Of a DNA stretch of 64,000 nt, positions 30,102 through 40,252 are shown in pieces. The notes beneath the pieces are model-generated. The model was given only the letters and a program-made list of their open reading frames with translations. It ran no database searches and had not been told where the DNA came from. Every line of letters starts with the position of its first letter. Positions within the stretch are counted from its first letter, which is position 1. The DNA lies in the NCBI GenBank assembly GCA_963745025.1, contig CAVUWD010000020.1, forward strand, positions 192,001-256,000, written 5' to 3'. This stretch comes from an uncultured delta proteobacterium (GTDB lineage: Bacteria > Desulfobacterota > Binatia > JACPRU01). Position numbers and translations under genes: made by a program.

Positions 30102-30192
30102 AAGGCAAAAACCTCAAACCACCGAATAGATAGTAAAAAAATCGGTCAGCCGTCAAGCTTTGTTAGGGGATTTGTGTTAGGGGATTTTGCAT

Positions 30193-30217
30193 TGCCGGTA
30201 GTCGGAAGCCGGTAGCC
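30193..30217. repeat. Heptamer element, single arm (copy C)
   Basis: tgccggtagtcggaagccggtagcc. Confidence 0.55.
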
Positions 30218-31335
30218 TATTTTCCATAGGTGATCCGATACACCCCTCCGGCCTGATCGTCGGAGACGAGGAGCGCGCCGTCGGATGCGACGAGCACGTC
30301 GACCGGTCTGCCCCACGCCCGCCCATTCGGCTCGAGCCATCCTTCGGCGAAGCTCTCGAGCCGCTTCTCGCCCTGCTCGCCGGGGCGCGCGACGACGACT
30401 CGATAACCGATCGGCTTGCTGCGGTTCCACGACCCGTGTTCCGCGACGAAGATCTGGTTCCGATATTCGTCGGGGAACATCTTGCCGGTGTAGAATCGCA
30501 TGCCGAGCGCGGCGACGTGTGCCCCGAGGCCGAGCTCCGGGGGCGTGTACTTCGCGCACTCGTGTCCCGGACCGAACTGCGGGTCGGCGACGTCCTTCGC
30601 GTGGCAGTATGGAAACCCGAAGTGCATGCCGGCCCGCGGCGCGTGGTCGAGCTCGTCGTCGGGGACGTCGTCGCCCATGTTGTCGCGGCCGTTGTCGGTG
30701 AACCAGAGCTCCTTCGTCTTCGGATCCCAGTCGAAGCCGACGCTGTTGCGCACGCCGCTCGCGAAGACTTCCATGCCGGTTCCGTCGCTCTTCAGGCGTG
30801 TGATCGACGCGTACGGGGGATCGCGTAGGCAGACGTTGCAGGGGGCGCCCACGGGCACGTAGAGGAGCCCGTCGGGGCCGAAGGCGATGAACTTCCAGCC
30901 GTGCCAGGCATCGTGCGGATAGCCGTCGTAGAGAACGATCGGTTTCGGCGGATGCTCGAGGCGATTCTCGATGTCGTCGTAGCGGAGGATTTGCCACGCG
31001 TCGGCGACGTAGAGCGCTCCGTCTCGGAATGCGACGCCGTTCGGCGAGACGAGGCCCGAAGCAATGATCAACCCGTCGTCGCCGACGCCGTCGCGGTTGC
31101 GATCGACGATCGCATAGACGACGCCCGCGCGCTGGGTGCCGACGAAGAGCGTGCCATTCTTTCCGATCGCCATCTCGCGAGCGTTTGCCGCGCCGCCCGC
31201 GAAGAGGTTGATGCGGAAGCCGGCCGGCAGTTCGATCTTGTCGAGCGGATAGCGCTCGTTCGCCGGCTCGGCCCGTGCGACGAGCGGAAGGAGGAAGACG
31301 GCCGAGAGGGCGAGCAGGGTTCGACGCCAGAACAT
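30217..31335 (-). CDS. PQQ-dependent sugar / L-sorbosone dehydrogenase family protein
   Basis: Signal peptide; HGWKFIAFGPDG.LYVPVGAPCNVC, GVRNSVGFDW, HGSWNRS, GRPVDV. Confidence 0.88.
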   Translation of the reverse strand: MFWRRTLLALSAVFLLPLVARAEPANERYPLDKIELPAGFRINLFAGGAANAREMAIGKNGTLFVGTQRAGVVYAIVDRNRDGVGDDGLIIASGLVSPNGVAFRDGALYVADAWQILRYDDIENRLEHPPKPIVLYDGYPHDAWHGWKFIAFGPDGLLYVPVGAPCNVCLRDPPYASITRLKSDGTGMEVFASGVRNSVGFDWDPKTKELWFTDNGRDNMGDDVPDDELDHAPRAGMHFGFPYCHAKDVADPQFGPGHECAKYTPPELGLGAHVAALGMRFYTGKMFPDEYRNQIFVAEHGSWNRSKPIGYRVVVARPGEQGEKRLESFAEGWLEPNGRAWGRPVDVLVASDGALLVSDDQAGGVYRITYGK

Positions 31336-31420
31336 GCGGTGCTTATCTGCTCACGGCTCCCCGCTGTCGGCGATCGGCACCCGTCTTTGCCGAAAAGCGA
31401 TCGCCGAGAGCGGATCGCCG

Positions 31421-31819
31421 CTATTTCTTCTTGTCGAGCTCCAGCGCCAGCGAGTTGATGCAGTAGCGCAGATGCGTCGGCGCGGGCCCGTCCTCGAAGA
31501 CGTGGCCGAGATGCGCGTCGCATCGGGCGCAGAGCGCCTCGACGCGGTGCATCCCATGGCTCTGGTCGAGCTCGGTCGCGACCGCATCTTCGCCCACCGG
31601 TTTCCAGAAGCTCGGCCAGCCGGTGCCCGAATCGAATTTACTGTCCGAGCCGAAGAGTTCGGCCCCGCAGCAGACGCAGCGGTACGTGCCCTCCTCCTTG
31701 CAGTCGCAGTACTCGCCGGTGAACGCTCGCTCCGTCCCCTTCTGGCGCGTCACCGTGTATTGTTCCGGGGAGAGCTCGCGCTTCCATGCGTCCTCGGGCT
31801 TGAATACCTTGTCGCTCAT
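31421..31819 (-). CDS. msrB: Peptide-methionine (R)-S-oxide reductase
   Basis: [35 protein letters not shown]. Confidence 0.95.
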   Translation of the reverse strand: MSDKVFKPEDAWKRELSPEQYTVTRQKGTERAFTGEYCDCKEEGTYRCVCCGAELFGSDSKFDSGTGWPSFWKPVGEDAVATELDQSHGMHRVEALCARCDAHLGHVFEDGPAPTHLRYCINSLALELDKKK

Positions 31820-31840
31820 GGGTTCCCTCCTGGCTGCTTC

Positions 31841-32848
31841 CTACAGAACGAGCTCGGCCAACGTGCGCAGCGCGTTTGCGTCGCGGGTGCCGAGCAGCAA
31901 CGCCTGGACGGGGCTCTCTCGCCATGCGGCGAGTCGGTCGCGGATGCGCTCGCGGGGGCCGACGAGGGAAATCTCGTCGGCCAGCGCGTCCGGCACGGCC
32001 AGAGCCGCCTCGGCTCGCTTGCCTTCGCGGAAGAGCCTCTGCACCTCCGCGGCCTCGCGCTCGAAGCCGAGGCGCGAGATGAGGTTCAAGTGGAAGTTCT
32101 TCTGCTCGGCGCCCATACCGCCGATGTAGAAGCCGAGCATCCACTTGACCGGCATCAGCGCGGCCGCGACGTCGTCGCTCACCTGAACCTGCACCATGCA
32201 CGCCACGTCGAAGTCCGGCTTGGCGTTCTTCAGCGACTCGGCATAGATCGCGGGCGAACGGTACGGCGAGTAGAAGATCGGCAGCCAGCCGTCGGCGATC
32301 TCCGCGGCGAGCGCGACGTTCTTCGGTCCCTCCGCGCCGAGGTAGATCGGGATCGCGCGCCGCCTCGGCTGCATGATGAGCTTCAAAGGCTTGCCGAGGC
32401 CGCTCGCTCCGGGCCCGTCGTAGGGCAGGCGGTAGTGCTTGCCGGGGTAGGTGAGCGGCCCCTCGCGTCGCAGCATGGCGCGCACGAGCTCGACGTACTC
32501 GCGGGTCCGCGCCATCGGCCGGGCGAACGGCTGCCCGTACCAGCCCTCGACCACTTGGGGGCCCGACACGCCGAGCCCGAGCAGCAATCGCCCGCCGGAC
32601 AGATGATCGATGGTCGCCGCCGTCATTGCCACCGAGGCCGGTGTGCGCGCGGAGATCTGCACGACCGAGGTGCCGAGCTTGATGCGTGCGGTCCGCGCGC
32701 CCATCCAGCAAAGCGGCGTGAACGCATCGGAGCCGTAGGCCTCGGCGGTCCACACCGAGTCGTAGCCGAGCCGCTCGGCCTCGAGCACGAGCTCGATCGG
32801 GTCTTCGGGTCCCTGCATCCAGTAGCCGAGCATGAGTCCCAGCTTCAT
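31841..32848 (-). CDS. LLM-class F420-dependent oxidoreductase
   Basis: WTAEAYGSDA, LGLGVSGPQVVEGWYG, GAEGPKN, YIGGMGA..KNFH. Confidence 0.88.
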   Translation of the reverse strand: MKLGLMLGYWMQGPEDPIELVLEAERLGYDSVWTAEAYGSDAFTPLCWMGARTARIKLGTSVVQISARTPASVAMTAATIDHLSGGRLLLGLGVSGPQVVEGWYGQPFARPMARTREYVELVRAMLRREGPLTYPGKHYRLPYDGPGASGLGKPLKLIMQPRRRAIPIYLGAEGPKNVALAAEIADGWLPIFYSPYRSPAIYAESLKNAKPDFDVACMVQVQVSDDVAAALMPVKWMLGFYIGGMGAEQKNFHLNLISRLGFEREAAEVQRLFREGKRAEAALAVPDALADEISLVGPRERIRDRLAAWRESPVQALLLGTRDANALRTLAELVL

Positions 32849-33095
32849 CGTCTTGTCGCTTTACGTCATCCGGAGCGACGTTGAAAGCCGGGCTCGGGCA
32901 AGCTGCCCGAACTCCCCGAGCTCAAGAGCGCCATGTGCCGCGCAGACGGCGTGAGTGCGGCGTCGCGATGATCCGAGACGAGCAGCATCGCGCGCACGAA
33001 CAGACGGCGACCTTTCGCGGCCGCCGCGGAATCGACTGCCGGCGCCGGGTCCGGAGGGCTTACTTTCGCCGAACGGAGGCGCTAGTGGCAGAGGC

Positions 33096-34631
33096 ATGGC
33101 CAACGACGACGGCGCGGCTGCCCGCCGCTTTCATCAGACCACCAAGCACTCGCGCGAATCGCTGGAGCGTGAGCCGCACGTGCTCGACTGGGAAAACCTG
33201 CCGTTGGCGTTCAAGATCTACCGCGGGCTGCCGGCCTTGGAGCTGCCGATCTCGCGCGTTCCGTCGGGGGTGTCGGCGCTCGATGCGATCACCGGCCGAA
33301 CCTCGAGGGCGCGCGCCGGCGAGCTCCCCGATCGCGGCACGCTCGCCCGCCTCCTCCACTTCTCCCTTGGCATCCTGCGCCGGCGGCAGCTCGGCGACGG
33401 CCGCTGGCACGACTTCCGGGCGGCGCCTTGCACGGGGGCGCTCTACCACATCGATGCCTACCTCATCACCGCGGATCTTCTCGACCTCCCGGCGGGCGTG
33501 TACCACTTCGACCCGCACGACTCGTCGCTCCGACGACTGCGCGAAGGTGACCAACGGGCCATCGCAATTGCGGCCACGGGCGCCCACGCCGCCGTCGCCG
33601 GGGCTCCCGTCACGGTCGTGCTGGCATCGACGTACTGGCGAAACGCCTGGAAGTATCGCCGCCGCGCGTACCGGCACGTCTTCTGGGACGGCGGCACGGT
33701 GATCGCGCAATTGCTCGCGCAAGCGACGGCAGACGGCTGGCCGGCCGAAGTCGTGCTCGGCTTCGTCGATGGCGAGATCGAACACCTTTGCGCGCTCGAC
33801 CCCGACCGCGAGGGCGTGGTTTGTCTGGTGGCGCTCGGCCAGGGCGCAGCCACGGCCCCGCCGGCGGTCCCGCCCCCGGCGGTCCGCTTCGAGACCGCCC
33901 CGCTCTCCGGGCGAGAGGTCGAGTATCCCGAGATCCGCGACGTGCACGACCGCGGCGCCCTCGAGACTGCCGAGGAGGTCAGGCACTGGCGGTCGAGCGT
34001 GCCGTCCGCGCAAGCGCGCATGGCTCCGACCGTTGGGCCACTCATCGAGCTGCCGAAGCCCGATCCGTGGCAGGATCCGCTCGAGACGGTGATCGCTCGG
34101 CGGGGGTCGACGCGACTCTTCCGCCGCGGCGCGATCTCGCAGGCCGCTCTCGAAGCGCTTCTCGTCTGCGCGAGCGCTCCGCTGGCGGCGGACTACCGTG
34201 CGGACAGAAATCGCTCGCTCGTCGAGCTCTACGTCATCGTCAATGCCGTCGAGGGTCTGGAAGCTGGAGCCTACCGCTGGCATCCGGAAGCGAAGGCGCT
34301 CGAGTGCCTCTGCCGTGGAGAGCGCCGCCGTGAGGCCGGCGTTCTCGCGCTCGGCCAGGCGCTCGGCGCCGATGCCGCGGTCGACGTCTACGCCATCGCC
34401 GATCTCGATCGCGTGCTCGGAGCGCTCGGCAGCCGCGGTTACCGGGCCGCGACGCTCGACGGAGGTGTGGCGGGCGGGCGGCTCTACCTCGCCGCCTACG
34501 CGCAGCGGCTCGGCGCGACGGGTCTCACGTTTTTCGACGACGACGTGGCATGCTTCTTCGGCCTGGACCCGGACCGGTTCGGAGTGATGTTCCTCGCGGC
34601 TGCCGGCGTTCCCCTACGCGCCGCGACGTGA
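33096..34631 (+). CDS. SagB/ThcOx family dehydrogenase (tandem nitroreductase domains)
   Basis: RAAPCTGALY, WRNAWKYRRRAYRH.FWDGG; second domain RRGSTR ... GATGLTFFDDDV. Confidence 0.85.
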   Translation: MANDDGAAARRFHQTTKHSRESLEREPHVLDWENLPLAFKIYRGLPALELPISRVPSGVSALDAITGRTSRARAGELPDRGTLARLLHFSLGILRRRQLGDGRWHDFRAAPCTGALYHIDAYLITADLLDLPAGVYHFDPHDSSLRRLREGDQRAIAIAATGAHAAVAGAPVTVVLASTYWRNAWKYRRRAYRHVFWDGGTVIAQLLAQATADGWPAEVVLGFVDGEIEHLCALDPDREGVVCLVALGQGAATAPPAVPPPAVRFETAPLSGREVEYPEIRDVHDRGALETAEEVRHWRSSVPSAQARMAPTVGPLIELPKPDPWQDPLETVIARRGSTRLFRRGAISQAALEALLVCASAPLAADYRADRNRSLVELYVIVNAVEGLEAGAYRWHPEAKALECLCRGERRREAGVLALGQALGADAAVDVYAIADLDRVLGALGSRGYRAATLDGGVAGGRLYLAAYAQRLGATGLTFFDDDVACFFGLDPDRFGVMFLAAAGVPLRAAT

Positions 34632-34805
34632 CGCCTCGGGTCGGTGAATCAGACGCAGCGTCGAGAGGGTCGCTCGGTAGCCGCCCTTCGACCCGCCGGT
34701 ATCGCCGGTGCCGCGCTCCGGCGCGGACCTGTGGTGCAGGCGCCTCCTCTCGCCGGGCGCCTGCTGAGACTCCTCAGCGGCCTTGAACGCCGCGACCGCT
34801 TCGTT

Positions 34806-35561
34806 TCAGCGGCTCTCCGCTCTCGCATCGCGTGCGAACTGGATGAACGCGCAGAACAGGCGCTGCTGAGCCGGGTCGTCGAGCTGCATCTCGGGGTGCC
34901 ATTGCACGGCGATCGCGAGCGTATGGGTTTCGTGCTCGACGGCTTCGATGATTCCGTCTTCCGCCCAGGCGACGGCCTTGAGCCCCGACGCCAGCCGGTC
35001 GATCGCTTGGTGATGCCACGAGCAGACGGTCACCTCTGTCGAACCCAGCATGTTGGCGAGTCGACTCGCCGGTTCGACCGCCGCCTGGTGGTGTGTATGG
35101 AGACGCTCCGGCAAGCGGTGCTCCACCGTGCTCGCGCCGAGATCGGGCAGATGTGGATGAAGGTCACCCCCGAGGGCGACGTTCAGCACCTGCATGCCGC
35201 GGCAGATGCAGAGGAGCGGAAGTTCTGGGCGGGCCAGCGCCGCTCGCGCGAGCGCGATCTCGAAGGTGTCGCGTTCTTCCGACACCCCATAAATCGCTTC
35301 GTGGCCACGGCCGCCGTAGTACTGTGGGGCTACGTCACCCCCTCCGGACAGCACGAGCGCGTCGATGCCGTCGAGTAGTCGCGCGGGATCGGGATCGCCG
35401 GGCGGCAGGATGACGGGCGATCCGCCGCCGCCGCGCACGGCGTCGACGTAGCTGGTCGGCAGCGGGTAGACCTCACGGTTGGCGATGCGGGAGTTGAAGC
35501 GAGGATAGGAAGAAATGCCGATCAGCGGACGTCGCGCCCTCACGGAGACGATTCGTAGCAT
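34806..35561 (-). CDS. Gamma-glutamyl-GABA hydrolase family (peptidase C26)
   Basis: RPLIGIS, LVLSGGGDV.P..YG, CICRGMQVLNVALGG, HHQAI, AVQWHPE. Confidence 0.88.
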   Translation of the reverse strand: MLRIVSVRARRPLIGISSYPRFNSRIANREVYPLPTSYVDAVRGGGGSPVILPPGDPDPARLLDGIDALVLSGGGDVAPQYYGGRGHEAIYGVSEERDTFEIALARAALARPELPLLCICRGMQVLNVALGGDLHPHLPDLGASTVEHRLPERLHTHHQAAVEPASRLANMLGSTEVTVCSWHHQAIDRLASGLKAVAWAEDGIIEAVEHETHTLAIAVQWHPEMQLDDPAQQRLFCAFIQFARDARAESR

Positions 35562-35585
35562 CTTCGGCCGGCCCAGCGAAGGCGT

Positions 35586-35615
35586 TTGACCTGAGCCGCT
35601 CTCTAGCCGTATCCT
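35586..35615 (+). promoter_or_regulatory. Putative sigma70 promoter of the merR-mutS operon
   Basis: TTGACC-N18-TATCCT about 40 nt upstream of the merR start. Confidence 0.35.
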
Positions 35616-35654
35616 TGGCTCAGAAAACATCGATGTTTTCTCTCGAGATAGCGT

Positions 35655-36167
35655 GTGAACGGCGGTTTTCCTAGCACGAGCGCCTGCCGGATCGTCAGCG
35701 TCACGCCGCGACAGATCCAGTACCGGGACGAGATCGGCCTGGTAAAGCCATCGGCCGGCGCGGCGGCGGGTCGCGGCAGCCGACGGCGCTACTCGTTTCT
35801 CGACTTGGTTCGCCTCTCGGTGGTGCGAGCCCTCATCGAGCGTGGCCTGAAGCCGCAAAACATCAGGAGGAGCCTCGCCGCGCTTCGCGACGCGTGCCCG
35901 AAGGTGCTCGACCCGCTCGCGCAGTTGAAGCTCGTGACCGACGGGGAGCGGCTCTTTCTCGTCACCGACGACCGCCGGCGGATCCTCGACGTGCTCGAAC
36001 GACAGTTCGTGTTCTCGATCGCGCTCGGACCGCTCGTTCGCGAGTTGCGCGGGCGCGCGGCGCGGCTGTCCCTCGGCGCTCACGCCGCTCATCGCCCGCC
36101 TTCGGTGATGCACCGTGGCCGTCGGCGGCTCGAAGTGGAGCACGCGACGAGGCGGGCTCGGGCATGA
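35655..36167 (+). CDS. MerR family transcriptional regulator
   Basis: ACRIVSVTPRQIQY.DEIGLVKPS...GRGSRRRYSFLDLVRL; stop overlaps mutS ATG. Confidence 0.8.
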   Translation: MNGGFPSTSACRIVSVTPRQIQYRDEIGLVKPSAGAAAGRGSRRRYSFLDLVRLSVVRALIERGLKPQNIRRSLAALRDACPKVLDPLAQLKLVTDGERLFLVTDDRRRILDVLERQFVFSIALGPLVRELRGRAARLSLGAHAAHRPPSVMHRGRRRLEVEHATRRARA

Positions 36168-38812
36168 GCGAAGAGCAACCCTTGCGGCTCGGCGGCAAGG
36201 AGCCCTCGGTCGTCAAGCTGACGCCGATGCTCCAGCAGTACCTGCGGGTCAAGGAGCGCTATCCCGACGCAATCCTCCTCTACCGTCTCGGCGATTTCTA
36301 CGAGATGTTCTTCGAGGACGCCGAGCGTGCGAGTCGCCTCCTCGACCTCACGCTCACCTCGCGGAGCAAGGGCGACGATGCGCGGATCCCGCTCTGCGGC
36401 GTTCCTCATCACTCGGTTCAGCCCTACGTCCAGAAGCTCCTCGAGCACGGCCACAAGGTGGCGATCTGCGAGCAGGTCGAAGACCCGGCGACCGCGAAGG
36501 GCATCGTCGAGCGCAAGGTCGTGCGCGTCATCACGCCCGGTACGGTGCTCGAGGAGGAGAGCCTCGACCCGCGGGCGCCGAGCTACCTTGCCGCGGTGAT
36601 CACGCGCGCCGGGCGATACGGCTTGGCGGTCGTCGACCTGTCGACGGGCGAGCTCCGCGCCACGGAGAGCCAGTCGCTCGAGGCGCTCGAGGAGGAGCTC
36701 GGTCGGTTGCGGCCGCGCGAAGTGATCCTCGCGGCGGGCTTGCTCGGCGCGGCGCCGCTCGCGCGCCTGCCGTCGACGCTGCGGACGAGCGAGCTTCCCG
36801 CCGAGGAGTTCTCGCCCGATCGATTGTCCGACTGGCTCGACAAGCGCGTCAGCACGGAGGCGGTCGAGTCCTGGAGAGCACGGCCGCTGGCGGCGGCGGC
36901 GCTCGGGGCGCTGCTCGGCTACCTCGATCGGCAGCTCGTCGGCACCGACCACCTTCGCGCCCCCGAGCCCTACCAGATCGAAGAGTTCCTGGTCGTCGAC
37001 GACACGAGTCGGAGAAACCTCGAGCTCGTCGAGACCGCCCGCGGTGAGCGCGTGGGCTCGCTTCTCTGGGTGTTGGATCGAACGCAGACTCCGATGGGCG
37101 CTCGCGTCCTCCGCCGCTGGCTTCTCTACCCGCTGCTCGACCCGGCCCGTATCGGCGAGCGACTCGACGTCGTGGAAGAGCTCTCGGACGAGCCCGCCGT
37201 CCGCGACGACCTGGCGGCGTCGCTCGAGGGGCTCGGCGACCTCGAGCGCCTGGCAGGGCGGATCGGCAGTCGCACGGCGTCACCCCGTGACCTCGTGCGC
37301 CTGCGTCAGGCACTCGGGCGGGGCGAAGTCGTGCAAGGCCGGCTCGGGGGGGCCCGCTCGGCGCTGCTTCGCCGTCTCCGGGACGCGATCCGGCCGCTGC
37401 CGGCGCTCCGCGACCTCGTGGCGCGCGCTCTCGTCGACGTCCCGCCGCTCTCGGCTCGGCAAGGAGACCTCGTCCGCGCCGGATACTCGGCCGAGATCGA
37501 CGAGCTTCGCGCGCTTCGCCACGACGGCAAGAGCTGGATCTCCGCGCTCGAATCGCGCGAGCGCGCGCGGACGGGCATCGGCTCGCTGAAAGTCCGCTAC
37601 AATAAGGTCTTCGGCTACTACATCGAAGTCACCAATCCCAACCTGAAGCTCGTTCCCGCCGACTATCTGCGGCGGCAGACGATCGCCGGAGGGGAGCGCT
37701 TCGTCACCCCCGAGCTCAAGGACTACGAGTCGAAGGTGCTCGGCGCGGAGGAGCGACTGCGCGCCCTCGAGAGCGGACTCTTCGAGGAGCTGGTGAGAGA
37801 CGTCGCCCAGCACCTCGCCGAGATCATCGCGACCGCGGGCGCTCTCGCGGAGCTCGACGGGCTTTGCTCGCTCGCCGTGGTGGCCCTCGACGGCCGCTAC
37901 GTGCGCCCGCTGCTCGACCACTCGCCGGTCGTCGAGATCCGCGAGGGCCGCCATCCGGTGATCGAGCGGATGCTGCCGCCGGGACGATTCGTTCCGAACG
38001 ATGCCGAGCTCGATCCCGACCGAGCGCAGATCGTCGTCCTGACCGGCCCCAACATGGCGGGGAAGTCGACGTATCTCCGCCAGACGGCGCTGATCGCGCT
38101 GATGGCGCAGATGGGCAGCTTCGTGCCCGCCGCGCGGGCCCACGTCGGCATCGTCGATCGCGTGTTCACGCGCGTCGGCGCGGCGGACAATCTCGCCGCC
38201 GGCGACTCGACGTTCATGGTCGAGATGAAGGAGACCGCGCACATCCTCGCGCACCTGACCCCTCGCTCGCTCGTCGTGCTCGACGAGATCGGACGCGGCA
38301 CGTCGACCTTCGATGGGATCTCGATCGCCTGGGCGGTCGCCGAGCATCTTCATGCCTCGCCGGCGCGGCCGAAGACGCTGTTCGCGACCCATTTCCACGA
38401 GCTCACCGAACTCGCGCTCACCGCGGAGCGGGTCGTCAACTTTTCGGTGGCCGTGAAGGAGTGGCAGGGCGACGTGGTGTTTCTGCGCCGGATCGTTCCC
38501 GGACCGGCGAGCCAGAGTTACGGGATCCACGTCGCACGGCTGGCCGGCGTGCCCGACGGCGTCATCGCACGGGCGCGGGAAATCCTTCAGAACCTCGAGA
38601 GCGGCGAGCGCAACGAAGTCGGCGAGCCCCGGCTGGCCGTGCGCGGGGCGCGCTCGGGTCAGCTCGGGCTCTTCGCGGCTCCGTCTGCGGAGGCGGCGTC
38701 GATTCTCGAGGCGCTGCGCTCGATCGAGCCGCTGACGCTGACCCCGATCGAGTCGCTCGGCAAGCTCGCCGATCTCGTCGAGCGCGCCAAGCGGGAGAAC
38801 GGCAAGCGATGA
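36164..38812 (+). CDS. mutS: DNA mismatch repair protein MutS
   Basis: TPMLQQY, GDFYEMFFEDA, TGPNMAGKSTY, STFMVEM, DEIGRGTST, ATHFHEL. Confidence 0.96.
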   Translation: MSEEQPLRLGGKEPSVVKLTPMLQQYLRVKERYPDAILLYRLGDFYEMFFEDAERASRLLDLTLTSRSKGDDARIPLCGVPHHSVQPYVQKLLEHGHKVAICEQVEDPATAKGIVERKVVRVITPGTVLEEESLDPRAPSYLAAVITRAGRYGLAVVDLSTGELRATESQSLEALEEELGRLRPREVILAAGLLGAAPLARLPSTLRTSELPAEEFSPDRLSDWLDKRVSTEAVESWRARPLAAAALGALLGYLDRQLVGTDHLRAPEPYQIEEFLVVDDTSRRNLELVETARGERVGSLLWVLDRTQTPMGARVLRRWLLYPLLDPARIGERLDVVEELSDEPAVRDDLAASLEGLGDLERLAGRIGSRTASPRDLVRLRQALGRGEVVQGRLGGARSALLRRLRDAIRPLPALRDLVARALVDVPPLSARQGDLVRAGYSAEIDELRALRHDGKSWISALESRERARTGIGSLKVRYNKVFGYYIEVTNPNLKLVPADYLRRQTIAGGERFVTPELKDYESKVLGAEERLRALESGLFEELVRDVAQHLAEIIATAGALAELDGLCSLAVVALDGRYVRPLLDHSPVVEIREGRHPVIERMLPPGRFVPNDAELDPDRAQIVVLTGPNMAGKSTYLRQTALIALMAQMGSFVPAARAHVGIVDRVFTRVGAADNLAAGDSTFMVEMKETAHILAHLTPRSLVVLDEIGRGTSTFDGISIAWAVAEHLHASPARPKTLFATHFHELTELALTAERVVNFSVAVKEWQGDVVFLRRIVPGPASQSYGIHVARLAGVPDGVIARAREILQNLESGERNEVGEPRLAVRGARSGQLGLFAAPSAEAASILEALRSIEPLTLTPIESLGKLADLVERAKRENGKR

Positions 38813-40230
38813 GACGAGCGCACGTCGGCCGGATCGCGATGCTGGCGATCGCCGCGCTCGCGGTGACGACGGCTCCGGCGGCGACGCCGAAGGCGGCGTT
38901 CGTCGTCGAGCGCATTCGTTACGTCGGGACCGTGAGCTACAGTCGCGTCGTCGTCGATCTCTCCGGGCCGGCGGAATATCACGTGCTGCCGGTCTCGGCT
39001 GACGGCAAGTCGGGGCCGCCGAATCGGCTGGTGGTCGATGTCGCCGCGGCCAAGGTCGGGCCCGAGGCGCGCGAGCCGCTCGAGATCGGCGATGCGGTGT
39101 TGCGCGGCATCCGCACGGGACAGTACACGCTCGACACGGCGCGGATCGTCCTCGACCTCGCGCGCGACGTCGAGGCGCGGACGTTCGTGCTTCCCGACCC
39201 GTATCGCCTCGTGATCGACCTCAAGGGGAAGGCCGGAGCGCTTCCGTCGGACGACACACGGGTGACGCGGATCGACACGGCACGCGCGGGCACGGCGCGC
39301 CCCGAACGGCCGCGAGAGCCGTCCGTTGCAGCTTCACCGAGCGGTGCGGAGCCGGCGGTCGCGGACGCGCGCGAGGCGGTGCGCGCGCGGCGCGGCGACG
39401 CGCGACCCGCGGCAAGAGCGGAGCCGCCGGCCGGGCCGCACGGGTTCAAGGTCGTGATCGATCCGGGTCACGGCGGCAAAGACCCCGGTGCGCACGGCAT
39501 CCATGGCGTCGACGAGAAGGACGTCGTGCTGGCGGTGTCGAAGCTCTTGGCCTCGAGTCTCCGCGCGGACGGAATCGAGGTCGTCCTCACCCGCACCGAC
39601 GATCGGTTCCTCTCGCTCGAAGAAAGGACCGGCCTCGCCAACGCGCAGGGCGCGGACCTCTTCATCTCCATTCACGCCAATGCGAGCACCAATCCGGGGC
39701 TCCGCGGTGTCGAGGTCTACTACCTGAACAACACCGACAACCGCGGCACGCTGCGGCTGGCCGCCATGGAGAACAACCTGCGTTGGGATCCGCGCAATCC
39801 GGAACTCCAATCCGCGATCCCGGATCTCTCGTACATCTTGAGCGATCTCCGGCAGACCTACAAGGTCGAGGAGTCGAAGCAGCTCGCCGAGGAGCTCCAG
39901 CAGTCGGTCGTGTCACGACTCGGAGCCGACTACGATCGCGTGGACGATCTCGGGGTCAAGGAAGGCCCGTTCTACGTGTTGGTCGGCGCCTACATGCCGT
40001 GCGTGCTCGTCGAGGTCTCGTTCCTCACCAACCCGGTGGAGGGAACGCGGCTCGGGACGTCCCAATATCGCCGCGCCCTGGCCGAGGGGGTTTACCAAGG
40101 GATACGCCGCTACATCGCCCAGACGAAGCTGGCGAAGACCTGTGAAAGAACGGTCTTCCGGCTACCGACTACCGGCTACCGGAAAAGCAGCTTGACCCCG
40201 CCGGGGATGACTGGAGCCCATTCCCTGTAG
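38809..40230 (+). CDS. N-acetylmuramoyl-L-alanine amidase (AMIN + Amidase_3); true stop probably ~40145
   Basis: Signal peptide, AMIN-like RIVLDL / PYRLVIDL, VVIDPGHGGKDPG, FISIHAN, VLVEVSFLTN; tail runs into a repeat element, suggesting an indel near 40140. Confidence 0.88.
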   Translation: MRRAHVGRIAMLAIAALAVTTAPAATPKAAFVVERIRYVGTVSYSRVVVDLSGPAEYHVLPVSADGKSGPPNRLVVDVAAAKVGPEAREPLEIGDAVLRGIRTGQYTLDTARIVLDLARDVEARTFVLPDPYRLVIDLKGKAGALPSDDTRVTRIDTARAGTARPERPREPSVAASPSGAEPAVADAREAVRARRGDARPAARAEPPAGPHGFKVVIDPGHGGKDPGAHGIHGVDEKDVVLAVSKLLASSLRADGIEVVLTRTDDRFLSLEERTGLANAQGADLFISIHANASTNPGLRGVEVYYLNNTDNRGTLRLAAMENNLRWDPRNPELQSAIPDLSYILSDLRQTYKVEESKQLAEELQQSVVSRLGADYDRVDDLGVKEGPFYVLVGAYMPCVLVEVSFLTNPVEGTRLGTSQYRRALAEGVYQGIRRYIAQTKLAKTCERTVFRLPTTGYRKSSLTPPGMTGAHSL

Positions 40231-40247
40231 CCGGTAGCCTGTAGCCG
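40158..40247. repeat. Heptamer inverted-repeat intergenic element, copy D
   Basis: ccggctaccgactaccggctaccgg ... ctgtagccggtagcctgtagccg. Confidence 0.7.
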
Positions 40248-40252
40248 ATCCC

